Source: a virus
Virus record (IMG/VR): IMGVR_UViG_3300050821_017570
Location: 96,001 to 160,000 of that record
Strand: one strand, 5' to 3'
DNA length: 64,000 nucleotides
In this document: positions 9,140 through 17,066 of the stretch, one piece after another
Numbering within the stretch: position 1 is the stretch's first letter
Layout of the letters: every line of letters begins with the position of its first letter
Program-made: the position numbers and the translations under genes
Notes under the pieces: model-generated
Database searches by the model: none
Told to the model about the DNA's origin: nothing
Seen by the model: the letters and a program-made list of their open reading frames with translations, nothing else

Positions 9140-10629
9140 ACCCGCTCGACCTGAACCGCATTACGCGCCCGTTCTTCGACCGGCAACGCATGTGACAGTT
9201 TAGCTGGGCTATCCTTGGTTACGAACCGCTTACCGCGTTGTTCCCATCCATCGGCGCGTTTGAAGCAAGTGCCGTTCTCGTTCCGCACCAGGATGTTTTC
9301 ACCCATATTGTCGTCACGAGATTTCGCGATTCGCATCTTCTGAACGTCAGAGCCCTTTGATCCAGGTAGGGCCTTTGGGTTGCGCGCGTTGAGGGTCAGG
9401 CAGTATCGCATCGATTCACAGAATGACTTGCAGTCTTCACCATCGAAATACGAATTATCCGCGAACGGCCCGCGCTCATTGGCTTTCGAACTCAACTGCT
9501 GTGCCACAACCCCAATGTTGTTGTGAGCGGATGCTACCCTAGCAACCCAGTCGGCCACTGCCCGCAATGGTAGATCACGCGCATCACCAAACCGCTTTGG
9601 ATCCATGCCCTTCATGTGGCTGGCTAGTGGGCCAGCCCAGTCGATGCAAAAGATCCCCAACCGGCCACTATGGCGACGTTCGAGATTATGGATCTCATTC
9701 TCGATCTCATTGATACCACCAGGGTTGGCGATCTGATCCAGAATGTGAAAGTTCTTATCCAGAAGGGCAAGCTTAGCCTGCATGATCTCAATCTGATCGG
9801 CTGACCACTGAAGCCGTCGCGCAATCTCCGGCATGTTAAACATGCCATCGGAAATCACATCGAACGGTACACCGGTGCAGCAGCTCAGGATCTTGGCCCG
9901 TATGATGGGCTGAAACCCCTGCTCAGTCATCACAAGGAGCGCCGGTTTACCCAGCAGAGCGTTCGAGATGGCCAGCTGGGTCAAAAAGGTAGTCTTACCC
10001 GATCCCTGGCCTGCCAGTACCGCAATCCCTGCGCCAGCTACCGGTCCAGCACCCTTGCCAAACGATGAATCGACAAAATCAACTCCAGTGCGAACCCGCT
10101 CTACCTGTTCGGTCTCCATGGTGGAGATACCCGAGATGATAGTGGATCCAGATGCACCCGCATACTGGGTACGGATCTTGTGGATGTGATCGCCCAGCTC
10201 GTGCAGGGTGCCTGTCTTCTCAGCCTGCTCGATTTGTTGCTTAATAGCAGCATCTCGGACCACACGGTGACAGATGAACTCAATCGTCTCGCTGGCAAGG
10301 CCACCAGAGCCAGCGGCCAAGTGGTGTGAGTTTTTCAAAAACTCAAAAGACTTTTCGAATATCTCCATCGCACGGGGGTCGCCTCGCTCGGGAAACAATA
10401 GAGAGGTGACTTCCGACAGCTGGTTAAAAAGAATCAAATCACCAGGGATCTCACGATATTGTTGGTAATACCGCTTGATGATATCAAACAAGATGCCCTG
10501 CCAGGTCTCACCGCCTACCAGGGTATGTGTGAGATGCTGCGGAAGAATGTATTGAAATGACCGCTCTGCTACCGCCGGATCATGCAACACATGAGCCAGC
10601 ATCACCGATACCTTAAATGCTGGAGTCAT
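9136..10629 (-). CDS. dnaB: DnaB-like replicative helicase
   Basis: Walker A AGQGSGKTT, MTEQ, CIDW Walker B, AQQLS, IAKSR. Confidence 0.85.
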   Translation of the reverse strand: MTPAFKVSVMLAHVLHDPAVAERSFQYILPQHLTHTLVGGETWQGILFDIIKRYYQQYREIPGDLILFNQLSEVTSLLFPERGDPRAMEIFEKSFEFLKNSHHLAAGSGGLASETIEFICHRVVRDAAIKQQIEQAEKTGTLHELGDHIHKIRTQYAGASGSTIISGISTMETEQVERVRTGVDFVDSSFGKGAGPVAGAGIAVLAGQGSGKTTFLTQLAISNALLGKPALLVMTEQGFQPIIRAKILSCCTGVPFDVISDGMFNMPEIARRLQWSADQIEIMQAKLALLDKNFHILDQIANPGGINEIENEIHNLERRHSGRLGIFCIDWAGPLASHMKGMDPKRFGDARDLPLRAVADWVARVASAHNNIGVVAQQLSSKANERGPFADNSYFDGEDCKSFCESMRYCLTLNARNPKALPGSKGSDVQKMRIAKSRDDNMGENILVRNENGTCFKRADGWEQRGKRFVTKDSPAKLSHALPVEERARNAVQVERV

Positions 10630-11198
10630 AGTTTGGCAACCTCATCGGGAAACAGTTCGGCCGCAACCGGTTGCTGAGCCAGCTCTTTACGAGCCTCACC
10701 AGCATATTGGTTCAACACGCCAGGGATGTTGTACTTGAGGGCAAGTACACATCGGAACAGTGGGCTAAACGACCTGAACTCGTCAAGGATAACGAGACGG
10801 GGCTCCATGACCTTGATGGCGTCTGAAAAGGTGTGCCATTGAGCCATATAGAAGTCAATATGACTGATCCGCTGCTTAGCCTGCAGTCGAACAATGTCAT
10901 CGGCGATCTTGGCCGACTCTAATACCTGTGGGTACCAGATACCGTACTGGATCATAAGAGGAACTCGTTGCATAACGAACTCCTCAGCTGTCTGTCCACG
11001 CTGCCGGCAAAGCCACGCCGCACGGACATAGCTGGAGACTTTTGCACTCACCCGCTTGTCACAATATTGGGCCCTCACTTCAAGAAACAGATCCATGATC
11101 CGCTTAGCCAAGACTTCCAGCTCAGGCGTAACGGCGAAATGTTCCCCATCTGGGGTCAGGTTTTGATCTTTACGTGACCGGCTCAATCTTGAATCCAT
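10626..11198 (-). CDS. hypothetical protein in the replication cluster
   Basis: 190-aa ORF overlapping both helicase genes at its ends. Confidence 0.7.
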   Translation of the reverse strand: MDSRLSRSRKDQNLTPDGEHFAVTPELEVLAKRIMDLFLEVRAQYCDKRVSAKVSSYVRAAWLCRQRGQTAEEFVMQRVPLMIQYGIWYPQVLESAKIADDIVRLQAKQRISHIDFYMAQWHTFSDAIKVMEPRLVILDEFRSFSPLFRCVLALKYNIPGVLNQYAGEARKELAQQPVAAELFPDEVAKL

Positions 11199-12636
11199 TC
11201 TGTCGATAGACTTTGAATCGGTTACGTGAACGAGCCTGCAGATCGGGAGAGAACGTATCGTTGAAATCGATCAGTAGCCCTTTTTGCTTCTGACCATCCG
11301 ATCCCAATCGACTCAATCGACCCGGTACCTGTACCGAGTTGATCGAACTACTGGTACCATCGGCGCGGACCAAGATATCGAGATCAAGAAAGTTAACGCC
11401 CTTAGACCATATGAAGGTGGCGATCACGCGGCGCAGCGTACCGGCGCTGAACTGCTCCTTGTAGGCAGCGCGTTCCTTACGCGTACAGGTTCGCTGACCT
11501 TCCAGGATACCGCCACGCTTCGCCAGCCTATCGAGCTGTCTATCATCCGACTCACCCGTCACGACGGTAAAATCGGGCATCAGCTGCTGTAGTCGTAACG
11601 CATGTTCGATCTTGTCGACCATGATGAGGATCTGAGGATCCTCCCGCTCCAGCCGATATCTAGCATACTGCACCGAGTATCGGATCATTTCGTTACGGTA
11701 CTGGTTCTCCCAGATACCTTTACGGTTCTTGAGATCAGGCCGCACGATCGACTGGACGTTGGGGCCATGGTCGACCCGGAAGACCCAGACGTCAATCGGC
11801 ACCACGTTACCCATCTCGACGGCTTCCTGGTAAGGGACTTCGTATATGATGGGTCCAAACAGAGCCTCGATGTATTGGTCTCCGCCATCCGACCGACCGG
11901 TTGGTGAGGCCGTCATACCAATAAACTTGGCTCGTGGAAATTGGACCAAATCCTCACGGAATCGTTCGCTCACCAAGGCATGCGCTTCATCGCCTACCAA
12001 CAGATTAGCGTTACGATGACAGTGCTTGAGCGAATGGGAAACCGCAACCGTTACTCGCTGAGGATTCACAGTTCCATCACCACAAAAGCCAATCCGCCCA
12101 TCCTGGGCCACCAGTGACTGGTAGGTGTCACGCGCGATATCGATAGACGGGACGGTGAATATGATGTTTGCGTCAGGGTACAGGTGTACCAGTTGACGCA
12201 TGATAAAAGTCTTGCCCCATCCGGTTGGACAAACCACTGTGCCACAACGATTTGCAAGAATCGATGCCAATACGGCGGGTTGACTGCCACGCCACTGGAT
12301 GTCGGCAGGAATACAATCGAACCGTGGAGCCGGTAGCTCACACGGAATCCAATCCCGCTCCTCTACAGTGAAGCCAGCATCTTTTAGCCCACCAATGATC
12401 CTTGGGCCGAATCCACTGAAGGTGAAGAACTTGGCCACACCTTGTGGGTCTGTGTCGTACCAGAAGACACGCTGTGGCTTCTGAATGACTTGCGGCTTCC
12501 ATCCATTTCTCGGGTCGGGATCACCGCGCTCGATCAACGTGATGGAAAGGTCAGACTCAAACAACTGCCCTAGGTAGGCGGGTTCAATCGACATCACCCT
12601 ACCCAGGTAGGTCACGATAGCTGTTTTGTCGCTCAT
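11170..12636 (-). CDS. superfamily 2 (UvsW/DEAH-like) helicase
   Basis: CPTGWGKT, DEAH, TASP, KGVN, QVPGRLSR motifs. Confidence 0.9.
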   Translation of the reverse strand: MSDKTAIVTYLGRVMSIEPAYLGQLFESDLSITLIERGDPDPRNGWKPQVIQKPQRVFWYDTDPQGVAKFFTFSGFGPRIIGGLKDAGFTVEERDWIPCELPAPRFDCIPADIQWRGSQPAVLASILANRCGTVVCPTGWGKTFIMRQLVHLYPDANIIFTVPSIDIARDTYQSLVAQDGRIGFCGDGTVNPQRVTVAVSHSLKHCHRNANLLVGDEAHALVSERFREDLVQFPRAKFIGMTASPTGRSDGGDQYIEALFGPIIYEVPYQEAVEMGNVVPIDVWVFRVDHGPNVQSIVRPDLKNRKGIWENQYRNEMIRYSVQYARYRLEREDPQILIMVDKIEHALRLQQLMPDFTVVTGESDDRQLDRLAKRGGILEGQRTCTRKERAAYKEQFSAGTLRRVIATFIWSKGVNFLDLDILVRADGTSSSINSVQVPGRLSRLGSDGQKQKGLLIDFNDTFSPDLQARSRNRFKVYRQNGFKIEPVT

Positions 12637-12750
12637 GAGGACCTTAGGTCGGGATAGCTACGATAACAGAGTTCCATCAATCTCAATAGGTTGGTTATGT
12701 CCCCCATCCGGTTGTAGAACCGGGGCCATGACCCACTAGTGATTGATACC

Positions 12751-12793
12751 AAAAGAAAAAGATCCCCCGGCGCCTTTCGGCCACCGGGGGATC
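12751..12793 (-). terminator. intrinsic terminator closing the ubiquitin-like operon
   Basis: GATCCCCCGG-TGGCCGAAAGGCG-CCGGGGGATC stem followed by TTTTTCTTTT. Confidence 0.85.
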
Positions 12794-12846
12794 TTCCTCA
12801 CCCACAACCGGCATTCCGCCGGAGTGAGTTCATCTGATGCTGAAAC

Positions 12847-12864
12847 CTAGCCCTTGCGGGCTAG
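12847..12864 (-). promoter_or_regulatory. GNRA-tetraloop hairpin directly after the Ubl stop codon
   Basis: CTAGCCC-GCAA-GGGCTAG. Confidence 0.6.
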
Positions 12865-12866
12865 CC

Positions 12867-13487
12867 TCACTTGTTGCCCTTGATGGGCTCGGTGAGGAGG
12901 ACGAGATCGCCATCCTGGACTTCGGTATCCAGGGTGGCGGGATCGCCGCCGATCTTCAGATCGTAGTTGCCCTTCACGAGACCCGCGTGGCGGAGAACGT
13001 CCGCGACGGTGTCACCGTGGTCGACAGCCACCGGGGTCAGGCGACCCGGGAACTTGCCGACCTGAACGGAGATCTGGTTGCCCTTGATGGGCTCGGTCAG
13101 CAGAACCAGGTCACCATCCTGAACCTCGGTCTCCAGAGTCGCGGGATCGCCGCCGATCTTGAGATCGTAGTTGCCCTTCACGAGACCCGCATGCCGCAGC
13201 ACGTCGGCCACGGTATCGCCGTGATCGACCGCGACAGGCGTCAGACGACCAGGGAACTTGCCGACCTGGACGCTGATCTGGTTGCCCTTGATGGGCTCGG
13301 TGAGGAGGACGAGATCGCCGTCGAAGACCTCGGTGTCGAGGTTGGCGCTCTCGCCACCGATCTTGAGGTCGTAGTTGCCCTTCACGAGACCCGCGTGGCG
13401 GAGCGCATCCGCGACGGTCGAGCCTGCATCGCAGGTGATGGGGGTGAGACGACCGGGGAACTTGCCAACCTGAACGGAGATAGCCAT
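12867..13487 (-). CDS. tri-ubiquitin-like (beta-grasp) polyprotein precursor: 3 x 68-aa units ending IKG, plus an NK cap
   Basis: Three tandem units ISVQVGKFPGRL...TVAD.LRHAG...YDLKIGG...L.TEV.DGDLVLLTEPIKG (ThiS/MoaD/Ub-like pattern); real start ATG 13487 with AAGGAAG SD; next to E1, JAB and E2 genes. Confidence 0.85.
   Translation of the reverse strand: MAISVQVGKFPGRLTPITCDAGSTVADALRHAGLVKGNYDLKIGGESANLDTEVFDGDLVLLTEPIKGNQISVQVGKFPGRLTPVAVDHGDTVADVLRHAGLVKGNYDLKIGGDPATLETEVQDGDLVLLTEPIKGNQISVQVGKFPGRLTPVAVDHGDTVADVLRHAGLVKGNYDLKIGGDPATLDTEVQDGDLVLLTEPIKGNK
12870..13481 (-). repeat. three tandem 204-nt repeats encoding the Ubl units
   Basis: Period 204 nt; units differ mostly at synonymous positions. 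Confidence 0.95.
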
Positions 13488-13560
13488 GTGAAACTTCCTT
13501 GAGAGAGGTGGGTTAGAGGCCCACCTTTGTAACAAACAACATTTTCAGTACAAGCGCAAA

Positions 13561-14274
13561 CTAACCGGCAGCCTTCTTGAGGAAGGTCCGGGGCAACAGG
13601 ACAGTAAAGGCGGGGCTCATAGCGACAAGGACGTCCCACTGTGGGGCTTCCTTCCCTTCCTTACCCTGTTTGTGGGCCCACCACTGGATCAGCGTCCACG
13701 TGGCGTATCCTGCGAGAATCTCGGCAGTCGGACCTACCGTGATCTGCGTCCCACAGGCGCTTACCGTCGCCTGCTCATCCCCATACAGATACCCTTCCCA
13801 GAACTTGACCTGTTCGGGGCTATTGGGATCGATCGCAAAGACACGCGCCTGGTCAGCCCCCATGCGGGTCTCGATCATCAGCTTCAAGTAGGGATGGTAC
13901 TTGATACTGGCGTCCCAAATCTCCTTCCGACTCTTCATCGTGTCGGTCAGGAGGAAAACGAACGATCCGAGATCCTGCTGGCCCTCGTAGGCCTCATTGT
14001 GCGCAGTGATCTCGATCTCGGTCTGGCGCCGGATCATCTCCTTCAACGCCTCGACCTTCGGCTTTCCAATGTCATCGATGCCAAACGCCTGATTTGGCAC
14101 ATTGTGGCCTTCGATCTTGTCGAAGTCCCAACAGTGAAGATTCTTGATGCCGAGCTTGGCCAGCGAAATGGCCACTCGGGAACCGGTTGCACCGCATCCG
14201 ATGATGTCGACCCGCTGCTCGCCAAAAGCATACGGGTCGAACACCTCCAGATGCCGCATCGTATTAAGCGGCAT
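13561..14274 (-). CDS. E1-like (ThiF/MoeB family) adenylating enzyme
   Basis: IIGCGATGS nucleotide loop, DFDKIEGHNVPNQ, GKPKV, TD...R, ETRMG; candidate catalytic Cys174 in SACG; no CxxC Zn pairs. Confidence 0.92.
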   Translation of the reverse strand: MPLNTMRHLEVFDPYAFGEQRVDIIGCGATGSRVAISLAKLGIKNLHCWDFDKIEGHNVPNQAFGIDDIGKPKVEALKEMIRRQTEIEITAHNEAYEGQQDLGSFVFLLTDTMKSRKEIWDASIKYHPYLKLMIETRMGADQARVFAIDPNSPEQVKFWEGYLYGDEQATVSACGTQITVGPTAEILAGYATWTLIQWWAHKQGKEGKEAPQWDVLVAMSPAFTVLLPRTFLKKAAG

Positions 14275-14287
14275 ACCTATCCTGGCT

Positions 14288-15349
14288 CTACGGGCCGCGC
14301 GGGGCCTGTGGGTCTGGCTTCACTTGAGTCGACGGAGCTTGCTCCGCCCCTTCAAGAATCTCCGCAACGGCAGGGTAAGTGTCCTTTGCGTTGAATCGTG
14401 AGGAGACTGAGGTTTCGGCAGGAGGGCTGTGGTGCGGGGCTCCGCAAAAGTGCTCCTCGTGATCGAGGACCTCCTGACCCGATGGTGCCACCGGAGTCGA
14501 AGAGGTTGTGCCTTCCAGCTCGATCACCGCAACCGTGTCGCCCAGCGACGGCAGATGGGTGAACGGCACCATCTTGGCACGCACGCCACAGCCCTTCTTC
14601 TTGTACGGGCAGGTCAGCATGCTGAACATCTGGCGACGCTCAACCGTGACCTCCTGCCGACAAGCCGAACACCAAGCCGGCACTTCCTGTTCGTCCCAAG
14701 GCTTATACGGACGATATCCCTTGAAGTCGTCACCATCGCTCCAGCTGGTACGTCTCCAGTCCTGGCTCGCACCGCTCCAGGTGAGAGGCTTGACCTTGAG
14801 GTCAAACTCCGCCTGAAGGGCCGCCCGACGCGGCGAATCCGACGATGCCTCGACCGCCCACTCGATGTCGAGAACCGCATAATGCTTGTCGAAGTCGAAC
14901 AGATCGAGCTTCAACTCACCACGCTTGTTGCCGATCGCTCGGATCAGGAACGGAGCCTCGTTGCGCTTCCAGAGCCCGACCTGAGTGTCGTCCTGACCAG
15001 ACGGTTCCACCCCCATCGTGTGATGGGAATGGAACCAGTAGTAGAGACGATTCACGTCGGCCTTGATGACCGGATTGGCATTCCGGCCCAGCTCGACCGC
15101 GAGCTTACCCAGCCCCTCGGTCGAGATCTCGTTGGTACCGGCGTTGACCTGCTGGTCGATCAGATAGACCCGCTGGACCACAAGGGTCCCATCGGCCAGC
15201 TTCTCCACCGCACCGAGCATCCCCACCTCAACGGTGGCGATGTCGGTGATGATGGCCTGATCCTCAAGAGCCTGGCGGCTGATGATGATCTTGGGAACCT
15301 GAGCCTGAATGTCATTCTTGAACTTGTGCCCAACAAACGTCATGATCAA
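14288..15349 (-). CDS. JAB/MPN (JAMM) metalloprotease, deubiquitinase-like, with C-terminal Cys cluster
   Basis: E41...H107-S-H109-x7-S117-x2-D120, an exact JAMM signature; CSAC...CPYKKKGC downstream. Confidence 0.9.
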   Translation of the reverse strand: MIMTFVGHKFKNDIQAQVPKIIISRQALEDQAIITDIATVEVGMLGAVEKLADGTLVVQRVYLIDQQVNAGTNEISTEGLGKLAVELGRNANPVIKADVNRLYYWFHSHHTMGVEPSGQDDTQVGLWKRNEAPFLIRAIGNKRGELKLDLFDFDKHYAVLDIEWAVEASSDSPRRAALQAEFDLKVKPLTWSGASQDWRRTSWSDGDDFKGYRPYKPWDEQEVPAWCSACRQEVTVERRQMFSMLTCPYKKKGCGVRAKMVPFTHLPSLGDTVAVIELEGTTSSTPVAPSGQEVLDHEEHFCGAPHHSPPAETSVSSRFNAKDTYPAVAEILEGAEQAPSTQVKPDPQAPRGP

Positions 15350-17043
15350 TCCTTCTTCGCACCAGCGGCCTTCGCCGCCGGCTTGGCCATCTCGGCCAGC
15401 TCAGGGTATTCGGCCAGCTCGGCAGCATAGCGAGCCTTCTTCTCGATCGCCAGGGCAGCGCGCTGCGCCTTGACGACCTCCGGATCGGCCACCGGCCACC
15501 GGTTCACCTTGCTACCCGCGCTGTCGTCCACATTGACCGACTGCAGGTACAGGATGACGGCCACGATGGCCGCCTTGTACTCGAACGACGCCACCAGCTC
15601 GGTGACGGTCGACCCGATGTTGCCCCAGCAGGGCTTACCGCTGGAGAACACGTGCGGAGCCTGCATGCCCGTCTCCTGGGCATCGACGGTCTTGCCGATC
15701 GCGAACATCTTCACATCACCATTGGTGGTGTTGATGTTGATGCGCATGCACCCCACGGCATGGAGCTTGTTGACCCGAGGATCCGTCACATAGAGCGGAT
15801 CGGTCTCGACGGTCAGCACGTCGCCCTTGAAGGTGACGTTCGCCACATGCGCCAGCTCACGCAGAGCAACGAACTCCTTGGTCAGCTTGGCGGTCTGCTG
15901 ATCGGTCGTCAGGCCACGGGCCTCGGCGATCGCCTGTAGATGCTCGATATTGCGGGTCGACTCGATGATCTGACGCTTCGCCGCTGCGAGCGCCTCCTCT
16001 TCCTTCTTGACGTTCTCGACCGCGTTCTTGCGCTCGATCTCGAATCGCTTCATCGACACCGCGACATACTTCTCGCAGAGGTCGCGATAGTTGGGCGGGC
16101 GATACCCACGCGTCATGATCTTGACCGCTTCGGTCAGATAGGTCTTGAGCAGCGTGAGGGTCTTCCCATCGTTCACCGCATGGACGGCATCGAAGGTGAT
16201 GTAGAGGTTGTTGTCGTTGAAATAGCCAACCTCATCACCCTCGGCCGACATGATCTTGCCACCCTGCTCCCACGGCACGAAGTGGCCGGGCGGACGCTCG
16301 GTAACCTGATGCCCCCACATGGTCTCGGGCACCACGAAACGGGAATCCGGGCCACCCGCATCGGGCGCCGACCAGATGAACACGTTGAACGTGTCACCGG
16401 CGATCGGAGCCTGCGCGCGGCCGTGCGGGATGTAGACGTCGATGTTGCGCTTCACGTAAGCGCCCAGGATGTCCTTGAACGCCTTCAGAACCGAGTCACG
16501 GAAGCCCGCATCGGTTGCGATCGTATAGTCGGTCCAACCCTTCGGGGTCACGACGACGGCCGAAGCCTCCATCGTGCCGATCCGCACCTTGTGGGCGGTC
16601 GCCGGCTTGGCCGGAGCGGCCGTGGCAGCCGTGGCAGCCACGGCGGGAGCCGCTGCCGCAGGAGCAGCCGCCTGAGGTGCCGCAGGGGCGGCCTCAGGAG
16701 CTGCGGGCGCGGGAGCCGCTGGGGCAGCCGGGGCCGGAGCGGCACCGGCCGTGATGGCGGTCAGCTCGATCGCATTGATCGAACTGTGCTGCTGGGCACC
16801 GATGACCCAGCCGGCGCGAGCCAGACGGTCGAGACCTTCACGCGTCACGAGGAAGCACTGCTGACCGTCAACGTTCATGCCGTTGGGGGTCATGTTGTAG
16901 GCACCGACGTTGGCCAGGTCTTGCGCCGACACCACATCGGTCCGAATGGCGAAACTGACATCGACGACCGTCGGAACCGCCTCAGGAGTGACTCCCTCGG
17001 GGATCGTGACGGTGGCCGGACGAGGACGAGAAGTACGAGCCAT
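15346..17043 (-). CDS. multidomain protein with C-terminal prokaryotic E2 (Ub-conjugating)-like domain
   Basis: APHVFSSGKPCWGN matches the prokaryotic E2 (H)PH-x-Cys-x-G pattern; preceded by coiled coil and A/P linker; start ATG 17043 has AAGGA SD. Confidence 0.78.
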   Translation of the reverse strand: MARTSRPRPATVTIPEGVTPEAVPTVVDVSFAIRTDVVSAQDLANVGAYNMTPNGMNVDGQQCFLVTREGLDRLARAGWVIGAQQHSSINAIELTAITAGAAPAPAAPAAPAPAAPEAAPAAPQAAAPAAAAPAVAATAATAAPAKPATAHKVRIGTMEASAVVVTPKGWTDYTIATDAGFRDSVLKAFKDILGAYVKRNIDVYIPHGRAQAPIAGDTFNVFIWSAPDAGGPDSRFVVPETMWGHQVTERPPGHFVPWEQGGKIMSAEGDEVGYFNDNNLYITFDAVHAVNDGKTLTLLKTYLTEAVKIMTRGYRPPNYRDLCEKYVAVSMKRFEIERKNAVENVKKEEEALAAAKRQIIESTRNIEHLQAIAEARGLTTDQQTAKLTKEFVALRELAHVANVTFKGDVLTVETDPLYVTDPRVNKLHAVGCMRININTTNGDVKMFAIGKTVDAQETGMQAPHVFSSGKPCWGNIGSTVTELVASFEYKAAIVAVILYLQSVNVDDSAGSKVNRWPVADPEVVKAQRAALAIEKKARYAAELAEYPELAEMAKPAAKAAGAKKD

Positions 17044-17066
17044 TTGTATCCTTTGAAACGACCAAG

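Noticed and set aside
10626-11198. Helicase-loader (gp59-like) call
   Set aside because: Based only on position; no sequence motif recognised.
12867-14274. Reading Ubl + E1 as a ThiS/ThiF or MoaD/MoeB sulfur-relay pair
   Set aside because: No thiamine, molybdopterin or cysteine-synthesis genes nearby, no GG terminus, and an E2-like gene is in the operon; not formally excluded without biochemistry.
16600-16760. Short DNA repeats in the E2 linker (also 3700-4000 and 52150-52720)
   Set aside because: Explained by Ala/Pro/Thr low-complexity protein linkers; no exact periodic DNA unit.
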